NCBI GenBank assembly: GCA_051453625.1
Contig: JBOZIK010000001.1
Location: forward strand, 6,609,596-6,654,341
Source: Welwitschia mirabilis
Taxonomy: Eukaryota
Direction: 5' to 3'
Length of the DNA stretch: 44,746 nt
Shown here piece after piece: positions 38,462 to 44,746 of the stretch. The notes under the pieces are model-generated. The model saw only the letters and a list, made by a program, of their open reading frames with translations, had not been told where the DNA came from and did no database searches. Position 1 is the stretch's first letter; each line of letters starts with the position of its first letter. A program made the translations under genes and the position numbers.

Positions 38462-40529
38462 GTATGGCTCTTCATTTGGACCTTTTCTAAATGTTTTCAA
38501 GTTTAGGTAGCTAGAAGGCTTTATGAAACGTGTTGCAATAGCTGCAAGCTTAAACAGCAAGTATTGCAGTTCCTCTAGTATTTTGCTTCCCATGAAGCAG
38601 AAGAAATCTGATTCATTTCCTCTTAACTTAGCTATAGCTTTTTGATTTGTCAGTTAGGAAAACATTTGAAAAATGTGAAAAATTCTTGTTCTTCTAAATA
38701 GATGATTTCATTAGCATTTACTTTCTTAGTCTAATAAGTTATGCCTCGATGTTTGCACATTGATTGCCAAAATATAAAGTACTGTGCCTCTGAAAGCATA
38801 CTTTTGTAAGGATTGAGTTGGGATTATGTTAAGTGTTAAATCATTCATTCGTATCTCTGTTCATGAATTTGCATTGAATTAAAAATATGCTGCAGAAAAA
38901 CTTTTCTATATTGCTCTAAAATTCCTGACTATTCATGTAATTATGCCCATACATTGAGCTCACATAGTGGTTTTACTAATTGTCTTGGTTGTGTTCTACT
39001 CTTACTTGATGGTCTCATTGACAGTAGCAAATGCTGACACTAAAGTCTTCTATAGTGCACAATGGAAACTTTCATATAGCTATAATAAACGTCTTAGTTA
39101 AATCTTTCTTTTTCACTTCTGTTTTGCTGTTATATTGCTATTTTTAACCTAAAGAGGAGAGGTTCCTTTTCAAAGGTATAATGTCAAAACATAGGATATT
39201 GTTTACTGTCAGGGAAAATGTAAAGGTTGGTTGGGGAACTTAGAGATTATATTCTAGTGCTCATTTTTGTCTGGAATTGGATTTACACATTCATACATTG
39301 ATTTGAATAACTTTAGTGGGCCAAAATGTTTATTAATGTTCATAATCCATAAGTCGCTCTTTTCAAGGGTGTATTGACTGACATATAATTGCATGGTACA
39401 CATGATAAAATTTAGGCAGTGAGTTTACCAAAAAAAATATTCACATAGATTGAACACTTGAAATGGATGCATTGAAAAGTAACAAGATTGTCTCTTTCAT
39501 GTATTTTTCCATTTAATTGTTTGTCATATGTGTTCAATTCAAACTTCATGGTCATTGAGTACATAAGGTTAAATGATTTTTGAAATCCAATGACCATGAA
39601 AAGGAATACAAATCAACCTTCTTTAACTTAAACATTCGTGATGGGAGTTGGAAATTGTAACATGGTATGTTGGAATTACACCAATTGATGTGAAACTAAC
39701 AAATCTTATCTACCTTTGCATGCATGTAAGTAAAAGGTGTAGAATAATGAAACTTCAAAGGGTAGTCAAATCTTTGATAGATCTGTGTCCCTGATAATCT
39801 AAGGACTTCCAATCTAAACAGAAGGGCAACTAGAAATAAATTGCAATATGAGAGCTCGACCAGACTTACAATGGGGTCGACTAGATCTGGGCAAGAGGGG
39901 TTGACCAAATCTTCAGTGAAGTCGACTGGTCTGAGAAGCTAATTAAACTCAAGTCGACCGGATGAGACATGGGATTAACCAAGTTGTCAATCTGATTCAC
40001 CTCAAGTTGACTAGAATCTTCAAAGGGTCGACTAGATCAGTGGGCAAACAAGAAAATGTTAAACTTCTTAAATGTTGATCATTGCACAGTTAGCCGTTAT
40101 CTAGCTATTAGAGGCTTCTACAATGAAAATCGTTTCACCTTAGTTACATGATAGAAAAGGAAAAGAGATGCAGAATTTAAAACACACGAAACACATTGTA
40201 CTATTCATATCTGCTTGTACCTATTTGACTGTAACTATCATTACTACACCCTGTACCTATCAAAGTTTATTGCTGAGCACTTCAGGCTTTTTCCTTTTGT
40301 ACAAAGGGTGAGTGATTAGCTACAGCAAGGCACACTTTCATCTCCTGGAAATTGATCTAGCTGAAAAGGTGAGACCTAGCATTAAAAAGTCCATTTGTAA
40401 AGGTATCAGGTTGTCCTAGAAACCTAGAAGAAGGAAGATTAATAGAAATCCAGATTAGCAGGAGCTTTGGCTAACCTTCGAAAGTGGAGTAGGGTTGTTT
40501 CCCAAACCACTATCAAGTGGAGTAAGGGT

Positions 40530-41315
40530 GGAGGTAACATGCCTAGAATCAATGAAGTTTTAGATGTAAATGGTTTTAAACATAATTTGCTTAGTATTAC
40601 TGAAATTTGTGATAAAGGATATAGAGTCATTTTTGACAGTAAAAATGCAAAGTTAGGCATGGTAAAACAAATGTGCTTCTTCTCAAGGAAAAAATAATTG
40701 ACAATGTTTATAATATAGAGTAGTTGTCTTCTATGTGTCATTTTTCACAGATAAACAATGAGGATCTTTGGCACCAATGGCTAAGACATGTCAACTTCGA
40801 CTAGTTTAGGACTTTGGCCAAGAAGGAAATTGTGAGAGGGATTTCTAAAATCAACTTCAAAGAACATGAAATATGTGATACATGCCAAAAAGGAAAACGA
40901 ACTAGAGCATCTCATAAGAGCAAGAGCATGATCTCAACATCCATCCCTCTCGAGCTCATTTATATGGACTTGGTAGGTCCTTCACAAACCAAGAGCTTGG
41001 CAAGTAAATGATATTTTTTTTGGCTATGATGGACAATTATTCTAGATTTACTTAGATTGCCTTCTTAGGGAACAAATCAGAAGCTTTTAAAAGATTTGTT
41101 GAGATTTGTATCCAAATTCAAAATGAAAAGGGTTATATGATTAGACGCATTAGAAGTGATTATTGAGGTGAATTCTAAAATCATTCTTTTGAAAAATATT
41201 GCATTGACAATGGGATTGGGCATGAGGTTTTAGCACCAAAAACACAACACCAGAATGGTGTTGCTGAAAGAAAGTATAGAGTTCTTCAAGAAATGGCAAG
41301 GACAATGCTTAACGA
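40530..41315 (+). pseudogene. copia pol remnant: protease C-terminus, pre-integrase Zn region and integrase core
   Basis: VLDVNGFKHNLLSITEICDKG; LWHQWLRH...CDTCQKGK; PLELIYMDLVGP; IRSDY*GEF; QNGVAERKYRVLQEMARTML. Several stops and frameshifts. Confidence 0.92.
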
Positions 41316-41473
41316 CTGTGTGTGGGCGGGAGGTGGTGGACCCAAAATTTTCTTCAGAAAACTCCTAGTTTCCACTTTTAAAAAGAGAGGTTGTGAAATG
41401 TGTCTTTCATTCTTGTCTTTTGCCCTTAGTTTTGCTCCCAAATCTTCCCATCCTTGTGTGCCATTAGGCAGCA

Positions 41474-42420
41474 ATGGCTAAGAGTCCCTATAGAAGATCA
41501 AGACAAAAGACCCTGAGCAACAAAGATCCATCATACTTTTACCAAGGAATGTCAGAACAAGAAATTGATAGGTTTGCAACAAAGTTCGAAAAGAAACCTG
41601 TGTGCCAAGAAAGAGTAGTCACTTATTATGAACTCTGTGAGCTAACGGATGTAGCAAGACTTCTTTAAGATTCAAATCTTTCTTATTTTCTTGAAGTTTC
41701 TAGCTTTTTATATCCTCTTCTCACTAAACTCTTTATGTCAATGCTTTATTTGATGCCAATTCTCCCACTTTATCTACTCTTGTTTTGGTGAAAAGGATGA
41801 GTATTACCCTATATCTGATTGCCATAGTCACAAAACTTCCTCAAGGAGATTATGAGGAGTTTTGGTCTTTGAGTGATTCCATGGAAGACAAGGCAGAGAT
41901 TACAAGGGTTTTGTGCAGCAAGCTAATCAGGTGGAGAACTACTCTTCCCAGTTCCTCACTCCTTCTAAAGTATTGATGTTTGCATTTGGTCTTCACATAT
42001 GCTTTTTTACCTCTTACTAGGCACCGAGATGAAACTTCCAATTATAGAGCTTATCTTTTGTACTTGGTGCGTCAACAAAATCTTATTGATGCCCCAGCTA
42101 TTATTCTTAAAAACATGGTGTCTTAGCTTGAATACCATAAGTGAAGGGTTCAACATCATCCCAAGCTGGAAACCATAACCCCCATGAGTCCTATAGGTCA
42201 TGCCACTCTCTCTCTGGAATGCATATCTTTGCTGAGTCCTCTTCAAAATCCACTCCTCCTCCTCCTCCAAGGAAATCTTCTCCAGATGAGTCTCTCTCTA
42301 GTTTGAAACGGTTGGACTCAAATACTCATCACATGAAGGAAGCCTTAGTTGCTTCAGGATTTTCGATAGCCAACACATCAAAAGAAGCTAGTCCTTCTCA
42401 TGAAGAAGAAGAAGAGGAAT
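41474..42420 (+). pseudogene. Sirevirus env-like / additional 3' ORF, disrupted
   Basis: Located between pol and the PPT region. Pieces MAKSPYRR...ERVV, YPLLTKLF, CLHLVFTYAFLPLTRHRDE and a Pro/Ser/Glu-rich tail resemble the plant-transposon-protein domain of Sirevirus/Athila extra ORFs. Confidence 0.65.
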
Positions 42421-42825
42421 GGAAAGAGATTCTATTAAAGAGAGGAAGAAGGTGTAGCAGTTGCTTTGATGGGGACACCGTAAGATAAAATTACGAATAT
42501 GTTAAATAGATTAATGAGAAACTTCATCTGGAATGGAGTAAAGGAATAAGATGAGTTCACAAGATAGCATGGGATAAGATAACGAAGCCAATGGAATCTA
42601 GAGGATGAGGTATTCAAGATATAAGGAATAGCATTTTCATAGACAAGGCAAAAATAATATCTAAAATTAAAGCAAGGGGAAATCATCCTTGGATAAGAAT
42701 TTTGAAAAGGAAGTATAAGAACCAAGAAGCAAGGTTAGGAAATTCTCCCTTTTGGAAAGTAGTGTGTAAATGATGAGCTGAGCTGGAAGCTCTCATAAGT
42801 TGGAGCTTGAATCAAAGGAGGAGTC
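42420..42825 (+). mobile_element. LINE (L1) ORF2 C-terminal fragment
   Basis: LMRNFIWNG / VHKIAWDKITKPMESRG*GIQDI / WIRILKRKY / SPFWKVVCK match the plant L1 post-RT pattern RxFLWxG...HxVxWxxVCKPKxxGGLGI...WxxVLxxKY...SxxWK. Confidence 0.8.
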
Positions 42826-43920
42826 TGAGGAAGAGTGGTCTTTTCCCCTCCTTTGTCATTGATGTCAAAAGGGGGAGACCTAACTCGTTATCTTTACTCA
42901 GTTCAAGTTATTGTTAATTATCTTTATTCAGTTCAAGTTATTATTAATTTGATCACTAGTTGTTTACTACACTATTTTACCAAATTGTCAGTTGTTGTAA
43001 TATTTTTGTTTGCTATAATACTTTACTATGATAGTAGTTAAGATATTCTTTCTAATATGATGTGCTACTTGAAAGCATCATTATGATATTTACCTTGGCT
43101 TTGTATGTGAATCTTATTACTGTATGGTCATTAATGCTATTGTGATTAACTAAAGAAGGTCATAAATACTCTAGTGGTTATTCTTGTGATTGGATTTGCA
43201 TTTTAATGGTAATCTATTGTGAAGACCTGTCTCTAAATTTTTAATATTATGATGTTTCACTTTGTAATCAAATCTTGTTGAGATGAACATACCATTAATT
43301 GTTTTTCTTTTAGGAATTATGAATTGCAAATTATCATTGCATTTACATGCCCTCTTTGGAAACACTATCATGATTATTATTTTTTATACATATACATACA
43401 TACATATATATATGACATAAAGTCATGGGGAGTATTTAGGGGGAGTAGTGGTAAGCGTACCCTAGATTATGGATATTGTTCTTATTGTGTAGTGTGTTTG
43501 CTATCAATGTCAAAGGGGAAGATTGCTGGAATTAGTTGATAACTAATTGATGTCAAACTAACATATCTTATCTAACCTTTGTATGAAAGTAAAAGGTGTA
43601 GGAGAATGAAACTTTGAAGGGCAGCCAAATCTTTGATAGATCTGTGTCCTTGATGAGTTGAGGACTTCCAGTCTGAATAGAAATGCAACTGAAGGCAACT
43701 TGTAACATGAGGGGTCGACTGAACTTAAAATGGGATCAACGAGATCTAGGCAAGAGGGGTCAATTGAATCTTCAGTGGGATTGACGGTTTTGAGGAGCTG
43801 ATTAAACTGTAGTCGACCTGATGAAACATGGGGTTGACCAAGGTGTCAATCTGATTCGCTTCAAGTCGACCAGAATCTTCAAAGGGTCGACCGGACAAGC
43901 GGGCAGACAAGAAAATGTTA

Positions 43921-44746
43921 TGTTGGAAGTAGTTTTGTCATTGATGCCCCTTTTTGATATTGCTTTCTGGTGTTTTTCTAGGATGTGTTTCAGGTTGGGT
44001 CGACCGGATGTTTGCTAAGGGTGACCTAAAGTTTTCTTGTGCATCCTATTAAAAACTGCTTATTCTGAGGGCAATCACACACTTTCTAAGGGTGACCTTA
44101 TTTTTCTAAGGTGAACCAGATTGAATCCAGCTGATTTTCTGTTAGGAAAACTGATTCTTCTAAGGGTGACTGGGTAGTTTCTAATGGCAATTGGATGTCC
44201 TAAGGTCGATGGAATCTTCTAAGGGTGACATTAAATTTTCTGAGGTGGACCAGATTCAAGTAAGGTATCTTTTTGACATGCAAACTAAATCTCCTTAGGG
44301 TGATTGAATTTCTTGTGAGGGCAACCAAATCTTACCAAATTTATTGTAACATGCTCATCAGGTCGACTGAATGTTGTGTGAGGTCGACCGAATATCTAAT
44401 TGTTTGAACTTTATGACCATTGCGCAGTTCACTTAATTGGAAGAAAGGTGTGGGAAACTGGACATCCCACATTGATTACACATTTGTCAAAAAGCCTAGC
44501 ATCTTAAATAATCTGAAACCTTATTTGTCGGAGTTATTGCTTTGATCGTAAGATTATCTTTGGTGCAAGAATACTCTTGTTGTCATTGAAAAGGGGGAAA
44601 AAAGTCTGCAAGGGCTAAGCTTTATTTGTATGATCTGTAGTTATTCTTTTCCAGCCACCACTGTATCATCAAGCCAAAAGAGCTATTCTTTTTGAGCTGA
44701 ATCTAGAGTGACTCAGTGCGGCTGCGCACACCTCACAGTCCTCTTT
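43921..44746 (+). mobile_element. LTR of a second, related Sirevirus nested in the 3' LTR (runs past window end)
   Basis: Similarity to the 5' LTR stops abruptly at 43920. The sequence restarts TGTTGGAAG...TTGATG like an LTR start and carries its own GGGTCGACC/GGGTGACC array. Confidence 0.6.

Larger units (their letters stand above)
39668..43920 (+). mobile_element. Internally deleted Sirevirus (SIRE/Maximus copia) element in intron 4
   Basis: 5' LTR starts TGTTGGAATT at 39668. 3' LTR starts TGCTGGAATT at 43524 after PPT AAAGGGGAAGAT. The two are collinear for ~390 bp. Extra PPT signature GATGTCAAAAGGGGGAG at 42861. Protease tail, integrase and env-like remnants lie inside. Confidence 0.9.

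Overview
AT-rich, gapped land-plant nuclear sequence, dominated by decayed retrotransposons around the 5' part of one protein-coding gene. The gene (+ strand) looks like a MEMBRANE PROTEIN OF ER BODY-like (MEB/MEBL, VIT1/CCC1-related) gene. Four exons can be read (26795-27002, 30755-30904, 31214-32149, 38321-38461), all joined by phase-1 GT-AG introns into an open frame of about 478 codons. The C-terminal VIT domain is not in the window. TEs include two related Sirevirus (SIRE/Maximus copia) elements in opposite orientation at the two ends, a ~4.1 kb Gypsy-type solo LTR in intron 3, further copia and Athila-like relics, a LINE fragment inside the second Sirevirus and two copies of a tRNA-derived SINE. 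The most notable observation is a second exon-1-like segment at 12332-12456, in its own CpG-rich island 14.5 kb upstream of exon 1, with the same start, end motif and splice phase. I see no support for a wholly new multi-gene system. All family calls come from motif recognition by eye, not from database searches.
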